Source of the DNA: an uncultured Gemmatimonadaceae bacterium | GTDB taxonomy: Bacteria; Gemmatimonadota; Gemmatimonadetes; Gemmatimonadales; GWC2-71-9 | Direction: 5' to 3' | Assembly (NCBI GenBank): GCA_964487785.1 | Contig: CAZASU010000002.1 | Span: 5,020 to 69,019 of the forward strand | DNA: 64,000 nucleotides | Shown: positions 8,569 through 18,799 of the stretch, one piece after another | Layout of the letters: every line of letters begins with the position of its first letter | Numbering within the stretch: the stretch's first letter is position 1 | The notes under the pieces: generated by a model | Seen by the model: only the letters and a program-made list of their open reading frames with translations | Told to the model about the DNA's origin: nothing | Database searches by the model: none | Made by a program: the position numbers and the translations under genes

Positions 8569-9269
8569 GACGCGGCGGGTCCAGGCATCCCCGCCTTCGG
8601 CTCGGGTTGCAGCTGCTGGGTGCCTTGCTGACGGTCGCTTTGGTCTGGCTCGGCGCGCCGAAGATGCTGCGCCGGCTCGACTTCTTCCGGATCAGACGGG
8701 TGGAAATCGCCGGACTCCAGTATCTTCCACAGGCAAAGGTGATTGCATCCTTGGAGCTGGGCTCCGGGGCCAGCGTTTTCGACGACCTCTCTGCTGCCGG
8801 TGGCCAAGTGCGCGCGCTGCCCGGGGTGGCCTCGGCGGTGGTGAGACGCAGGCTTCCCGGCACGCTCGAGATCATACTGGAAGAGGCCGTCCCCGTGGCG
8901 CTGGCACCCCGCAACGGCGGCATGGCGCTGCTGGATTCGAGCGGTAGAGTCCTTCCATTCGATCCGGCCGCATCCGCCCCCGACCTGCCGGTCGCCGCGA
9001 GTGCCGACGCAAGGGTGGCACGCGTGCTCGCCAGGGTGCAGGAGCATGACCCGGTGCTGTTCGCGCGGGTTCGGACGGCCTGGCGGGTACGGGATGACGT
9101 GCTACTCGATGTGGACGGGCGGCGGTTCTGGTTCGGCCCGGAGGTCACGGCGGAGGATATACGAGCGGTGATGGCGGTCGCGCAGGACCTCGCCCGGCTG
9201 GGGCGCAAATATCACGAGCTCGATGGACGGTACGCGGGCCAGGTGATCGTCCGTTGGGCGGGGGCATGA
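8550..9269 (+). CDS. ftsQ: cell division protein FtsQ (POTRA domain)
   Basis: 239 aa. Arg-rich N-terminus, a single TM segment (LGLQLLGALLTVALVWLG), then a POTRA-like FRIRRVEIAGLQYL. Sits between murC and ftsA. The start is TTG 8550 and overlaps murC by 19 nt, so the start is uncertain. Confidence 0.7.
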   Translation: MAERRLRRGGSRHPRLRLGLQLLGALLTVALVWLGAPKMLRRLDFFRIRRVEIAGLQYLPQAKVIASLELGSGASVFDDLSAAGGQVRALPGVASAVVRRRLPGTLEIILEEAVPVALAPRNGGMALLDSSGRVLPFDPAASAPDLPVAASADARVARVLARVQEHDPVLFARVRTAWRVRDDVLLDVDGRRFWFGPEVTAEDIRAVMAVAQDLARLGRKYHELDGRYAGQVIVRWAGA

Positions 9270-10519
9270 GCAGCCAGCCACAGCGGCTCGTGGCCGCGCT
9301 GGACATCGGCTCCACCAAAGTCGTTGCCCTGATCGCCGAAGTGACCGGCGATGCGCGCGACCCCGGTGCCAAGATCCTCGGATTGGGCGTGGAACGGAGT
9401 GGGGGCATCCGGCGCGGCGTGGTGCGCGACATCGAGGAGACCACCCGGGCCATCGACAAGGCGATGAAGAGCGCCCAGCGCATGGCGGGGGTCGAGGTGG
9501 GCTCGATCTACTGCGGGATTGCCGGCGAGCACGTGGCGGGCCGCAGCTCCCATGGCATGGTGTCGGTGACCGGCGACGAGATTCGCACCAGCGACGTGGC
9601 CCGGGTAAACGACATGGCAAGCAACGTCAGCTTCGGCCGCGACCACGAGCTGCTGCACGCCATTCCCCAGGACTACCTGATCGACCAGCAAGGGGGGATC
9701 AGCGAGCCGATTGGCATGACGGGATCCCGGCTCGAAGCCGAAGTCTATCTGGTGACCGTGCTCTCGAGCGTGCTCCAGAACCTCCGGAAATGCGTCGAGC
9801 GGGCCGGCTATCATGTCGCCGAATTTGTCCTCGAGCCGCTGGCGGCGTCGCTGGCCGTGCTCACCCCGGACGAAATCGAGCTCGGCTGCGCCATCGTCGA
9901 GCTGGGTGGGGGATCGACCAACGTGTCGGTCTTCCATAGCGGGAAGATCCGGCACACCGGCTCCCTGCTCATGGCCGGCGGACACGTGACCAGTGATATC
10001 GTGCACGGTCTCCAGGTCACTCAGCACGACGCGGAGCGGCTGAAGGAGCGGTTCGGCGCCGCCTTCGAGCCGCTGGTTCCCGAGAGTGACGTGTTCGATC
10101 TTCCCAGCACCCCAGGACAGGGCGCGCGTAACGCGCAACGCCGGGTACTGGCGCACATCATGCACATGCGGATCCAGGAAGTCCTGGAGTTCGCGCTCGA
10201 CGAGATCACCCGGGCTGGCTATCATCAGCGCTTACACGCAGGCGTAATCGTTACCGGTGGTGGCGCGTTGGCACCGGGCATCGTAGAGCTGGCTCGCGAG
10301 GTGTTCGCGATGCCGGCGCGATGCGGTGTTCCCGGGCAGCGCTTGCGGGGTCTGGCGGACAGCGTCGAATCACCGCGCATGGCAGTACCGGCAGGCCTGG
10401 TGCTTTACGGAGCCAGGCAGGTGGCCGTCAGCGGTGGGTTGGGCACAGGTACCCGGAAGTCACCGGCGGTGGAGAAAGTGTTTGCTCCAGTGAAGCGGTG
10501 GCTCCAAGACTTCTTCTGA
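9266..10519 (+). CDS. ftsA: cell division protein FtsA
   Basis: Actin-like ATPase ([21 protein letters not shown]). C-terminal amphipathic [12 protein letters not shown] 9266 overlaps the ftsQ stop (ATGA) and is preferred over TTG 9254. Confidence 0.9.
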   Translation: MSSQPQRLVAALDIGSTKVVALIAEVTGDARDPGAKILGLGVERSGGIRRGVVRDIEETTRAIDKAMKSAQRMAGVEVGSIYCGIAGEHVAGRSSHGMVSVTGDEIRTSDVARVNDMASNVSFGRDHELLHAIPQDYLIDQQGGISEPIGMTGSRLEAEVYLVTVLSSVLQNLRKCVERAGYHVAEFVLEPLAASLAVLTPDEIELGCAIVELGGGSTNVSVFHSGKIRHTGSLLMAGGHVTSDIVHGLQVTQHDAERLKERFGAAFEPLVPESDVFDLPSTPGQGARNAQRRVLAHIMHMRIQEVLEFALDEITRAGYHQRLHAGVIVTGGGALAPGIVELAREVFAMPARCGVPGQRLRGLADSVESPRMAVPAGLVLYGARQVAVSGGLGTGTRKSPAVEKVFAPVKRWLQDFF

Positions 10520-10533
10520 GTCGGGCCGAGGAC

Positions 10534-11715
10534 ATGACCATGATCTTTGAGCTGGAAGAGGGCGCGGCACAGACCGCGCGGATGAAGGTGGTCGGGGTGG
10601 GTGGGGGCGGCGGCAACGCCGTCAACCGAATGATCGAGGACCAGCTTGGCGGAGTGGAGTTCATCTCGGTGAACACCGATTCCCAGGCCCTCGCGATGTC
10701 GAAGTCCGATGTGAAGATCCAGATCGGGCGCAAGCTGACCCGTGGGCTCGGGGCCGGCGCCAGGCCGGAGATCGGCCGCCAAGCCATCGAGGAGAATCGG
10801 GACGAGGTGCTCCACGCGGTGCAGGGCGCCGACATGGTCTTCGTCACCTGCGGCATGGGTGGCGGTACCGGAACCGGAGCCGCGCCGGTGGTGGCCCAGA
10901 TGGCTCGCGAGGCCGGAGCGCTCACCGTCGGCATCGTCACCAAGCCCTTCCTGTTCGAGGGCCGCCGCCGGATGAAACAGGCGGAGGTTGGAATCGGGGA
11001 GATGCGCAAGAACGTCGACACCATGATCGTGGTCCCCAACGAGCGGCTGCTGGCTGTGGTTGGAAAGGGAATCCCCTTCCAGGAAGCGCTGAAGAAAGCC
11101 GACGAAGTCCTCCTTCACGCCACCCAGGGTATCGCCAGCCTCATCACCTCCACCGGCATCATCAACGTAGACTTCGCCGACGTACGGACCGTCATGCAGA
11201 ACGGCGGGGCGGCGTTGATGGGCACCGGCATCGGACGGGGTGAGAATCGCGCGCTGGAGGCGGCCCAGCAGGCCATTTCCAGCCCGCTGCTCGACAACAT
11301 ATCCATCGCCGGCGCCATGGGCGTTCTCATCAACATCATCGGCGGCGACGACCTCACGCTGGGTGAGACCACCCAGATCAATGACATCATTCACGACGCG
11401 GTAGGCGACGACGCGGAGATCATCTTCGGGGCCGGGAGCGACCCCGCCATGCACGGCGAGGTGCGGGTCACCGTCATTGCCACCGGCTTCGACCGTCCCC
11501 CCAGCGCGGAGCAACCACTAGGACGGGCGTCGGGCGCCGTCGGCGTGATCAATTTTCCCTCTCAGCGACAGCAGCGGGCTTCGACTCCGGTCCCCGCGGC
11601 AGCACCGGCCGTTACCCGATCGCAGCCTCGGATTCATCAGACTCCGGCGTCTGGCCCGCCCACCGATGTACCCGAGATGGAGATCCCGACGTTCATTCGA
11701 CGGCAGATGGATTGA
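10534..11715 (+). CDS. ftsZ: cell division GTPase FtsZ
   Basis: ORF-track start 10321 rejected. ATG 10534 gives MTMIFELEE...[15 protein letters not shown]. Tubulin signature [12 protein letters not shown]-terminal peptide [11 protein letters not shown]. Confidence 0.97.
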   Translation: MTMIFELEEGAAQTARMKVVGVGGGGGNAVNRMIEDQLGGVEFISVNTDSQALAMSKSDVKIQIGRKLTRGLGAGARPEIGRQAIEENRDEVLHAVQGADMVFVTCGMGGGTGTGAAPVVAQMAREAGALTVGIVTKPFLFEGRRRMKQAEVGIGEMRKNVDTMIVVPNERLLAVVGKGIPFQEALKKADEVLLHATQGIASLITSTGIINVDFADVRTVMQNGGAALMGTGIGRGENRALEAAQQAISSPLLDNISIAGAMGVLINIIGGDDLTLGETTQINDIIHDAVGDDAEIIFGAGSDPAMHGEVRVTVIATGFDRPPSAEQPLGRASGAVGVINFPSQRQQRASTPVPAAAPAVTRSQPRIHQTPASGPPTDVPEMEIPTFIRRQMD

Positions 11716-13022
11716 TGCTGCGGGGATTGGGCCTCTCGATCGCCGCCCTGTTATTCGGCACGGCCGCCTTCTTTGGCCTGAGCGGGTCGTGGCCCTGGCA
11801 TCGACTGCCGGCGCCTGCCGCCGATTCGGCCACCGCTGGACCTCCGCCCGCCCGCTTCACCGAAACGATCGATACGCTGCAGCAGGGCGAGACGCTGTCG
11901 GATCTCTTCGCCCGCCACAACGTCGCCGGGATCGACTTCCACCGGCTGGATCTCGCCCTCGCGCTCAACCCCCGGAGGCTGCGCCCCGGCCTGGTCTTCA
12001 GCTTCCGCCAGACCATGGGCGACTCTGCGCCCACCCATATCGTGGTGCGCACGACGCCGGAGCAGCGGGTCACCTTTCGCCGGATCTCCGATGGCTGGAA
12101 CACGGAGGCGCAGCCGATTCGGTGGCGCCCCCAGGAGATGCGTGTCGAAGGCGCCATCAACAACTCCCTCTACGAGGGGCTCGACGCGGGTGTCAGCAAC
12201 GAGCTGCTCGACAGCGGCAATCGCCAGCGGCTTGCCTGGGACCTGGCGGATGTCTATGCCTGGGAGATCGACTTCACCCGCGATATCCGCCCGGGCGACC
12301 GCTTTGAGGTGGTCTTCGAACGCCTGGTCTCGGAGGACGGTGAGGTTCGCTTCGGCCGGGTGCTGGCGAGCGACCTCACCATCTCGGGAAGGAGCCTGAC
12401 GGCCATCCGGTTTGCCCCGTCTAGCTCCCGCAGCGCGCTCTATTTCGACGCTGAGGGTGGCTCGCTCCGGCGGGCGTTCCTGCGCGCTCCGGTCGAGTTT
12501 CGCCGGATTTCGTCCAACTTTGCCAACCGCCGGTTTCATCCGGTGCTCGGCCGCACCCGCCGGCATGAGGGCACCGACTACGCCGCTCGACCAGGGACGC
12601 CGGTCATGGCGGCGGGCAACGGTGTGGTACTCCGGGCGGGGTGGGCGGGGGGTTATGGCAATCTGGTCGAGCTGCGCCACCTGAACGGCATCACCACCCG
12701 CTATGGGCATCTCCGTGGACTTGCGCGCAAGATTCATCGCGGCAGGCGGGTCGAGCAGGGACAGGTCATCGGGTACGTCGGCTCTACCGGCCTGGCGAGC
12801 GGTCCCCACCTCCACTACGAGTTCCGGATGAACGGCGTGGCCAAGGACTCGAGGCGGGTCAAGATCGGCGGGGGCGCGCCGGTACCCAAGTCGGATCGCG
12901 CCGCCTTCGAACAGGAGCGAGACCGCCTCCTCATCCGTCTCCGCGATTCCACCAGTGCTGTCGCCCCGACCGACGCGATCGCTCGGCAAGCGGCTGAATC
13001 CTCCAAACGGTGGCTGCCGTAA
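11715..13022 (+). CDS. M23/LytM-family murein endopeptidase (MepM-like architecture)
   Basis: ATG 11715 shares one nt with the ftsZ stop (TGATG). N-terminal TM segment, an OapA/LysM-like segment (GETLSDLFARHNV), and a LytM domain with intact HxxxD (HEGTDY) and HxH (HLHYE) motifs. Confidence 0.8.
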   Translation: MLRGLGLSIAALLFGTAAFFGLSGSWPWHRLPAPAADSATAGPPPARFTETIDTLQQGETLSDLFARHNVAGIDFHRLDLALALNPRRLRPGLVFSFRQTMGDSAPTHIVVRTTPEQRVTFRRISDGWNTEAQPIRWRPQEMRVEGAINNSLYEGLDAGVSNELLDSGNRQRLAWDLADVYAWEIDFTRDIRPGDRFEVVFERLVSEDGEVRFGRVLASDLTISGRSLTAIRFAPSSSRSALYFDAEGGSLRRAFLRAPVEFRRISSNFANRRFHPVLGRTRRHEGTDYAARPGTPVMAAGNGVVLRAGWAGGYGNLVELRHLNGITTRYGHLRGLARKIHRGRRVEQGQVIGYVGSTGLASGPHLHYEFRMNGVAKDSRRVKIGGGAPVPKSDRAAFEQERDRLLIRLRDSTSAVAPTDAIARQAAESSKRWLP

Positions 13023-13032
13023 CGCCCGAGTA

Positions 13033-13764
13033 GTGGATCTCCTTCCCGCCATCGACATTCGAAATGGCCGCGTCGTTCGCCTGAGCCAAGGCGAGCGGGC
13101 GCGGCAAACCGTGTATGGTGACGATCCCGTGGCGATCGCGGAGCGCTTTCTGGAGCAAGGCGCTCAGTGGATTCATGTGGTCGACCTGGACCGCGCATTT
13201 GGCGCGGGTGACAACCTGGCCGTGGTTCACCGGATCGCCGGGCGGGTAGCGGCCAAACTGCAGCTTCAGCTCGGTGGTGGATTGCGGAGCCAGGACCTGA
13301 TCCGCGAAGCGCTGGACCTGGGCTTTGCCCGCGCGGTGATTGGAACCGCTGCCGCGGCCGATCCGAACTTTATTCCGGAGATGCTGGCCGCCGTGGGCCC
13401 TACCCGCCTCGCGGTGGGGATCGATGCCCGGCACGGCCTGGTCGCGGTACGAGGGTGGACGGAGACGTCTAATACCCGGGCCGAAGAGCTGGCCCGTCAG
13501 GTTGTGCAGGCCGGCATCGAGACCCTGATCTATACCGACATCGGGCGTGACGGCATGCTCACCGGCCCGGACCTGGCCGGTGCGGTTGCCCTGCGGACAG
13601 CTGGTGCCCGGGTGATCGTGAGCGGCGGCATTGCCGGGAGCGCCGACGTCCGCTCCGCCTGCCAGGCTGGCCTCGATGGAGTCATCGTGGGACGCGCCTT
13701 GTACGAGGGGCGGGTGACCCTCCCCGAGGCTCTGCAGGCGGCAGCATGCTCACCGTCCTCGTAG
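13033..13764 (+). CDS. hisA: 1-(5-phosphoribosyl)-5-[(5-phosphoribosylamino)methylideneamino]imidazole-4-carboxamide isomerase (HisA/PriA type)
   Basis: GTG 13033 gives (M)DLLPAIDIRNGRVVRL, a typical HisA N-terminus. Later motifs are YTDIGRDGML and IVSGGI. The ORF-track start 12955 would overlap the peptidase gene by 68 nt. Confidence 0.8.
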   Translation: MDLLPAIDIRNGRVVRLSQGERARQTVYGDDPVAIAERFLEQGAQWIHVVDLDRAFGAGDNLAVVHRIAGRVAAKLQLQLGGGLRSQDLIREALDLGFARAVIGTAAAADPNFIPEMLAAVGPTRLAVGIDARHGLVAVRGWTETSNTRAEELARQVVQAGIETLIYTDIGRDGMLTGPDLAGAVALRTAGARVIVSGGIAGSADVRSACQAGLDGVIVGRALYEGRVTLPEALQAAACSPSS

Positions 13765-15545
13765 TCCTTGCCGCCTTTGGGCTGGCCGCCTTCACCTATC
13801 TCGGTCTCGAGCGGATGGGGCGCCGCGCCTGGATCCCTCTCACCTGCCGCGCGATCGCCTGGTCCGCACTCGGGCTCCTGCTGGTGAACGTCAGCTGCCC
13901 GGTTTCCGGCGCACCCCCACGGCCTCTCGTCTTGCTCGATGGGTCGCTCAGCATGGGGGCGGCCGGCGGCCGCTGGGCCGAGGCGAAGGATTCGGCGGCA
14001 GGCTGGGGCGAGGTACGACTGTTCGGCGATGCGCGCTCCAGCCCTGACTCGACTCCAACCAGGGGACGCTCGTTGCTCGCGCCGGCGCTCCTTGCCGCCT
14101 CCGCCTCCGATCGGCCACTCCTCGTCGTAACCGACGGGGAAATCGATGATGTCCGCGAGCTCCCCCCGGACCTTCTCACCCGCAGCGGTATCCGGCTGCT
14201 TCAGCGCGCTCCTCAGCCCGATCTGGCTGTCACCCGGGTAACGGGCCCGAGCCGGGTGAGCGAAGGGGATTCGATTCCTCTCGAGGTCGACGTCCAGCCG
14301 ACGGGTGGGAGCGCCGCCGACAGCGTGGGGGTCGAGGTGCTCTCGGGAACCAACCGACTCGCCTTCAAAACCGTGCGGCTTCGAGGTGAGGCTGGGGGGC
14401 GGGCACTGATCGTCGTCCCATCCGCGTCGCTCTCCTCGGGCGGCCACCTGCTCCGAGTTGCGCTCGCAGGCGGGGGTGACGCCGAGCCTCGCACCGATGC
14501 CCGACTCCATCTGGTCACTGTTGCGCCCACGCCAGGGGTCGTGTTCCTGGCGGCGCCCGCGGACTGGGACAGCCGGTTCCTCTATCGGACGCTGCGCGAG
14601 GTCGGGCAGCTTCCTCTCCGGGGGTACCTCCGCCTGGACGGCGATCGCTGGCGTTCAATGAACGATCTGCGCTCGGTCCCAAGGGATGCGGTGCGGCGAG
14701 CGGCGCGACGGGCCGATCTGCTGATCCTCAAGGGTGGGACCGCCGACCTTGCCGAGGGAAGCACCGCCCGGGGCATCTGGAGCTGGCCGAGCGGTGAAGG
14801 CGGTGAGACCCAGGTGCCCGGCGATTGGTACCTCTCCCAGGCTGACGCCTCACCCGTGGCCGGAGCGTTTCTCGGTCAGCCGGTGGACTCGTTCCCCCCC
14901 GCGTTCTTGCTCACACCCATGGAGAGCGGCCCGCGCGACTGGGTGGCGCTCTACGCCCAGCTCGGCCGCCGCGGCCCAGAGCGGCCCGCCGTGTTCGGTC
15001 GGCAGGAGGGACGGGTTCGCCGGGTCACCGTGGCGGTGGAAGGTCTCTGGCGCTGGCCCTTTCGCGGCGGATCGAGCGAGCAAAGCTACCGCTCCTGGGT
15101 GGCGGCAACGATGAGCTGGCTACTCGGCGGCGTGGACTCGGCGCGAGGGGTAGCAAGGCCGGTCCAGGCGGTGGTGCAGAACGGCCGTCCTGTCATCTTC
15201 GAGTGGCTCGGCTCGGGCTCCGCCATCCCGCAGGCCGTGGTCCTGTCGAGCGACGCCGGGCAGCGGACCGATACGCTCCACTTCGACGGAGACGGGCGGG
15301 CCTCCGTGTGGCTCGACCCGGGAGAGTACCGTTATCGACTCTCCGGTGGCGGAGTGGGGACTGTTGCGGTGGAGCAGTACTCTGACGAACTGCTCCCCCG
15401 TCCGGTCACCCTGACCGCACACGCGGGTCGGGACGCGCGCTCGAGTGCGCGCAGTACCGCCCGCGATTGGCTCTGGCTGTTCGGAGTCTGCGTCCTGGCG
15501 CTCTCCGGCGAATGGCTGGCTCGCCGACGTCTCCGGCTTCGCTGA
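13746..15545 (+). CDS. membrane protein with N-terminal double-TM segment, degenerate vWA/MIDAS region and C-terminal TM anchor
   Basis: 599 aa. Two N-terminal hydrophobic helices. DxSxS-type motif in LVLLDGSLSMG. A C-terminal helix (WLWLFGVCVLALSGEW) is followed by RRRLRLR. Overlaps hisA by 19 nt. Function not assignable from sequence alone. Confidence 0.6.
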   Translation: MLTVLVVLAAFGLAAFTYLGLERMGRRAWIPLTCRAIAWSALGLLLVNVSCPVSGAPPRPLVLLDGSLSMGAAGGRWAEAKDSAAGWGEVRLFGDARSSPDSTPTRGRSLLAPALLAASASDRPLLVVTDGEIDDVRELPPDLLTRSGIRLLQRAPQPDLAVTRVTGPSRVSEGDSIPLEVDVQPTGGSAADSVGVEVLSGTNRLAFKTVRLRGEAGGRALIVVPSASLSSGGHLLRVALAGGGDAEPRTDARLHLVTVAPTPGVVFLAAPADWDSRFLYRTLREVGQLPLRGYLRLDGDRWRSMNDLRSVPRDAVRRAARRADLLILKGGTADLAEGSTARGIWSWPSGEGGETQVPGDWYLSQADASPVAGAFLGQPVDSFPPAFLLTPMESGPRDWVALYAQLGRRGPERPAVFGRQEGRVRRVTVAVEGLWRWPFRGGSSEQSYRSWVAATMSWLLGGVDSARGVARPVQAVVQNGRPVIFEWLGSGSAIPQAVVLSSDAGQRTDTLHFDGDGRASVWLDPGEYRYRLSGGGVGTVAVEQYSDELLPRPVTLTAHAGRDARSSARSTARDWLWLFGVCVLALSGEWLARRRLRLR

Positions 15546-15605
15546 CCTAGTAGATTCCCGAAGGCCCTGAACGAAAAAACACCGCACCATCCGGATGATG
15601 AGTGG

Positions 15606-16547
15606 ATGAAGCCAAGCAGACTGGGGAGCAACGAGAGGCAGAGTCTGTGGTCGCGCATCAAGCAGATTGCGCTGACCGACGTGGGCGCGCTCATGCGCGG
15701 ACTGAATGCCGACGATCTCCAGAACATGGAGCGGGTGCTCATCGAGGCTGACTTCGGGGTCTCCGCCACGGTCGAGCTTACCGCTGCCCTGGAAGACGAG
15801 GTCCGGCGTGGCAAGCTCAAGACCGAGGCCGATCTGAAGCGCGCCCTTCGGGAGCGCATCAGCGCAATGCTCGCTGGACCCGCGAACCCTGGCGCCATCG
15901 CCCGAGCCGAGCCGGGTCCCACGGTCATCCTGCTGGTCGGGGTGAATGGAACCGGTAAGACCACGACTGCGGCGAAGCTCGCGGCGCGACTTCAGCAGGA
16001 GGGACGCACGGTCCTGCTGGCCGCAGCGGACACCTATCGTGCCGGGGCTATTGCTCAGCTTCAGGTTTGGGCCAACCGTCTGGACCTGCCCTGTGTCGCG
16101 GGGGCACCGGGTGGGGACCCCGCGTCGGTGGCCTTCGACGCGATTGACGCGGCCGTCTCTCGTCGCATCGATACCGTCATCATCGACACGGCTGGCCGTC
16201 TCCACACCCAGGAGGGCCTGATGGAGGAGCTGCGAAAGATCACCCGGGTCATTGGCCGGCGGCTGCCAGGCGCCCCTCACGAGACGTTCCTGGTGCTGGA
16301 TGGGACCGTAGGCCAAAACGCCATTCAGCAAGGCAAGCTCTTCTCGCAGGCGGTCTCGCCCACCGGGATCGTGGTTACCAAGCTCGACGGCAGCGCCCGT
16401 GGCGGCGCAGTCGCCGCGCTCCGGCGGGAGCTCGGGCTGCCGGTCCGATTCATCGGGCTGGGCGAATCGGTGGAGGATCTGGAGCCATTCGACCCGGAGC
16501 GCTTCGCCGAAAATCTGCTGGCAGAAACACCGGTCGAGGCCTCCTAA
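15606..16547 (+). CDS. ftsY: signal recognition particle receptor FtsY
   Basis: 313 aa. SRP-GTPase NG domain with GVNGTGKTTT, DTAGR and TKLDG motifs. Confidence 0.9.
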   Translation: MKPSRLGSNERQSLWSRIKQIALTDVGALMRGLNADDLQNMERVLIEADFGVSATVELTAALEDEVRRGKLKTEADLKRALRERISAMLAGPANPGAIARAEPGPTVILLVGVNGTGKTTTAAKLAARLQQEGRTVLLAAADTYRAGAIAQLQVWANRLDLPCVAGAPGGDPASVAFDAIDAAVSRRIDTVIIDTAGRLHTQEGLMEELRKITRVIGRRLPGAPHETFLVLDGTVGQNAIQQGKLFSQAVSPTGIVVTKLDGSARGGAVAALRRELGLPVRFIGLGESVEDLEPFDPERFAENLLAETPVEAS

Positions 16548-16553
16548 ACGCGG

Positions 16554-18641
16554 ATGCCTCCCCGCGCCGCTCCGGCTGCCCTTCGCCTAGAGACGCCCGT
16601 CAAGTTCCTCAAGGGAATCGGAGAGCGGCGCGCTGAGTCACTGGAGCGATTGGGCATCCGCACCGCGCGCGACCTTCTGTGGCACCTTCCCCATCGTTAT
16701 GTAGACGCATCCACCGTGACTCCGCTGGCCAAGGCGGAGCTGGGCCACGAGGTCGCCTGCGTCGGTAGAGTGGTCGCCAAGGGGGTGCTTCCAACCCGCC
16801 GCGGACTGCGGATCTTCCATGCCGTGCTGCGAGATGAAAGCGGTGTCCTGGAGTGCGTCTGGCCGGGGCAGGCGTTTCTCGATCGTACGATCGCCATCGG
16901 TCAAACATTGCTCGTGTCAGGTCCGGTCCGGTTTTATCACGGCCGCCAGATGGCCCCCCGGGAGTACGTGATCCTGGCCGATGCCGACAGCGATACCGAT
17001 CCCCTCACGGCCGGGAAGGTACTGCCGGTCTATCCCGCCACCGAAGGCCTGAGCCACAAGGTCATCCGGTCGCTCATCGACCGGCATCTGGACCAGCTGA
17101 TTTCCTTGTCCCATGACGGTCTCCCCGAGGCGCTGCGACAGAGTCTCGACGTGCCGGCGCTGCCCGACGCCTTGCGCGCGGTGCATCGCCCTGGCTCCGC
17201 GGAGGAGGCCGAGCGGGGAAGGCGGCGGCTCGCGTTTGACGAGTTGTTCGATCTCCAGTTGATGCTGATCCGGGCCCGCGCCGTTGCCAAACGCCACCGG
17301 AGCGGGGTGGCCTTCACCGTCAGGCGGCAGCTCACAACCCAGCTCAAGCAACAGCTGCCCTGGGAGCTGACCGGAGACCAGCAGCAGGCCCTGCGTGAGA
17401 TCACGGCCGACATGACCGCGCCGGAGCGGATGCACCGGCTCCTCATGGGCGACGTAGGGACCGGGAAGACGGTCGTGGCCCTCTTCGCCATGCTGTTGGC
17501 CGTCGAGAACGACTTCCAGACGGCACTCATGGCTCCGACCGAGCTGCTGGCCGAGCAGCACGGCGCCACCCTGGAGACCCTGCTGGCGCCGCTCAACCTC
17601 ACGCCGGAGCTGCTGCTCGGCCGGCAGACCGCGGCTCAAAAGGCCGCGGTTCGGAAGCGTATCGCGACCGGCCAGGCCCGTGTGGTAGTGGGAACTCACG
17701 CGCTGCTTCAGGAGAGCGTCTCGTTTCAGCGGCTCGGTCTGGTGGTAATCGACGAGCAGCACCGCTTTGGGGTGGAACAGCGGGCCGCCTTGATCGGGAA
17801 AGGGGCGGCCCCCGACGTGCTGCTTCTGACCGCCACCCCGATTCCGCGCTCGCTGGCCCTGACGCTCTATGGCGACCTCGACGTGTCCACCCTCAGGCAA
17901 CGTCCACCGGGGCGGGGCACAGTGCGCACCGCCGTGCGGAGCAGCGGCCAACGGGAGCGGGTGCTCGAATTCGTCCGCGGCGAGTGCGCGCAGGGGAAGC
18001 AGGCGTACATCGTCCTGCCCGTCATCGAAGAGTCGGAGCGGGTCGACCTGCGCGCAGCGACGACGATGGCGCAGAGTCTGACGGCTCGCTGGCCCGAGCT
18101 GGAGGTGGGCCTGGTGCACGGCCGGCTCAAGGCCGAGGAACGCGATGCGGTGATGCGGCGCTTCCGCAGCGGCGAGCTGAAGGTTCTGGTAGCAACCACC
18201 GTAATCGAGGTCGGGATCGACGTGCCCGGCGCGACCATCATGCTGATCGAGCACCCCGAGCGTTTCGGCCTGGCGCAGCTGCATCAGCTGCGCGGTCGAA
18301 TTGGGCGAGGGGCGGAGGAGAGCTACTGCATTCTCCTGGCGGAGGGGGCCGCACCGGACCGGCTGAACGGGTTTGCGGCTACCCAGGACGGCTTCAAGAT
18401 CGCTGAGCTGGATCTGGCGGAGCGGGGGATGGGGGACCTGATCGGGGCACGGCAATCGGGTGGGTTCGAGGTCCGTCACGCGCAGCTGCCGGCCGACGCC
18501 GACCTTTTGGCGCGGGCCCGCGAGCTGGCGATGACGATCATCGAGGCCGATCCGGCGTTGCAGCGGCGAGAGAATCAGCAGCTCCGCGAGCGGGCGGTGG
18601 CGCGGTATCCGCGTGCGGTGGAGTTGTTTCGGGTGGGTTAA
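16554..18641 (+). CDS. recG: ATP-dependent DNA helicase RecG
   Basis: 695 aa. Wedge/OB region followed by a helicase core with GDVGTGKT, DEQHRFG and QLHQLRGRIGRG motifs. Confidence 0.92.
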   Translation: MPPRAAPAALRLETPVKFLKGIGERRAESLERLGIRTARDLLWHLPHRYVDASTVTPLAKAELGHEVACVGRVVAKGVLPTRRGLRIFHAVLRDESGVLECVWPGQAFLDRTIAIGQTLLVSGPVRFYHGRQMAPREYVILADADSDTDPLTAGKVLPVYPATEGLSHKVIRSLIDRHLDQLISLSHDGLPEALRQSLDVPALPDALRAVHRPGSAEEAERGRRRLAFDELFDLQLMLIRARAVAKRHRSGVAFTVRRQLTTQLKQQLPWELTGDQQQALREITADMTAPERMHRLLMGDVGTGKTVVALFAMLLAVENDFQTALMAPTELLAEQHGATLETLLAPLNLTPELLLGRQTAAQKAAVRKRIATGQARVVVGTHALLQESVSFQRLGLVVIDEQHRFGVEQRAALIGKGAAPDVLLLTATPIPRSLALTLYGDLDVSTLRQRPPGRGTVRTAVRSSGQRERVLEFVRGECAQGKQAYIVLPVIEESERVDLRAATTMAQSLTARWPELEVGLVHGRLKAEERDAVMRRFRSGELKVLVATTVIEVGIDVPGATIMLIEHPERFGLAQLHQLRGRIGRGAEESYCILLAEGAAPDRLNGFAATQDGFKIAELDLAERGMGDLIGARQSGGFEVRHAQLPADADLLARARELAMTIIEADPALQRRENQQLRERAVARYPRAVELFRVG

Positions 18642-18702
18642 CTGGTCCTCTCGGCGCACTTTGGTTACTGCAACCCCGCCGGGTTCGGCAACATTTGAGC
18701 GC

Positions 18703-18799
18703 GTCATTTCGAGCGCAGCGAGAAATCGGCTCGCTTTTACGTTTGAGCGCCGGAGCCAAAACTTTAGGCCGCCCGATCCCTCGCTAGGCTCGGGATGAC
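18703..18799. repeat. Inverted pair of a ~25-nt REP-like hairpin motif (GTCATYYCGAGCnnAGCGAGRRATC)
   Basis: Copy 1 is 18703-18727, gtcatttcgagcgcagcgagaaatc. Copy 2 is 18775-18799 and, reverse-complemented, reads gtcatcccgagcctagcgagggatc (19/25 identical). Each copy folds on itself (ATTTC/GAAAT versus ATCCC/GGGAT). Copy 1 is followed by GCTCGCTTTTAC, which looks like a terminator for recG. Confidence 0.75.
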
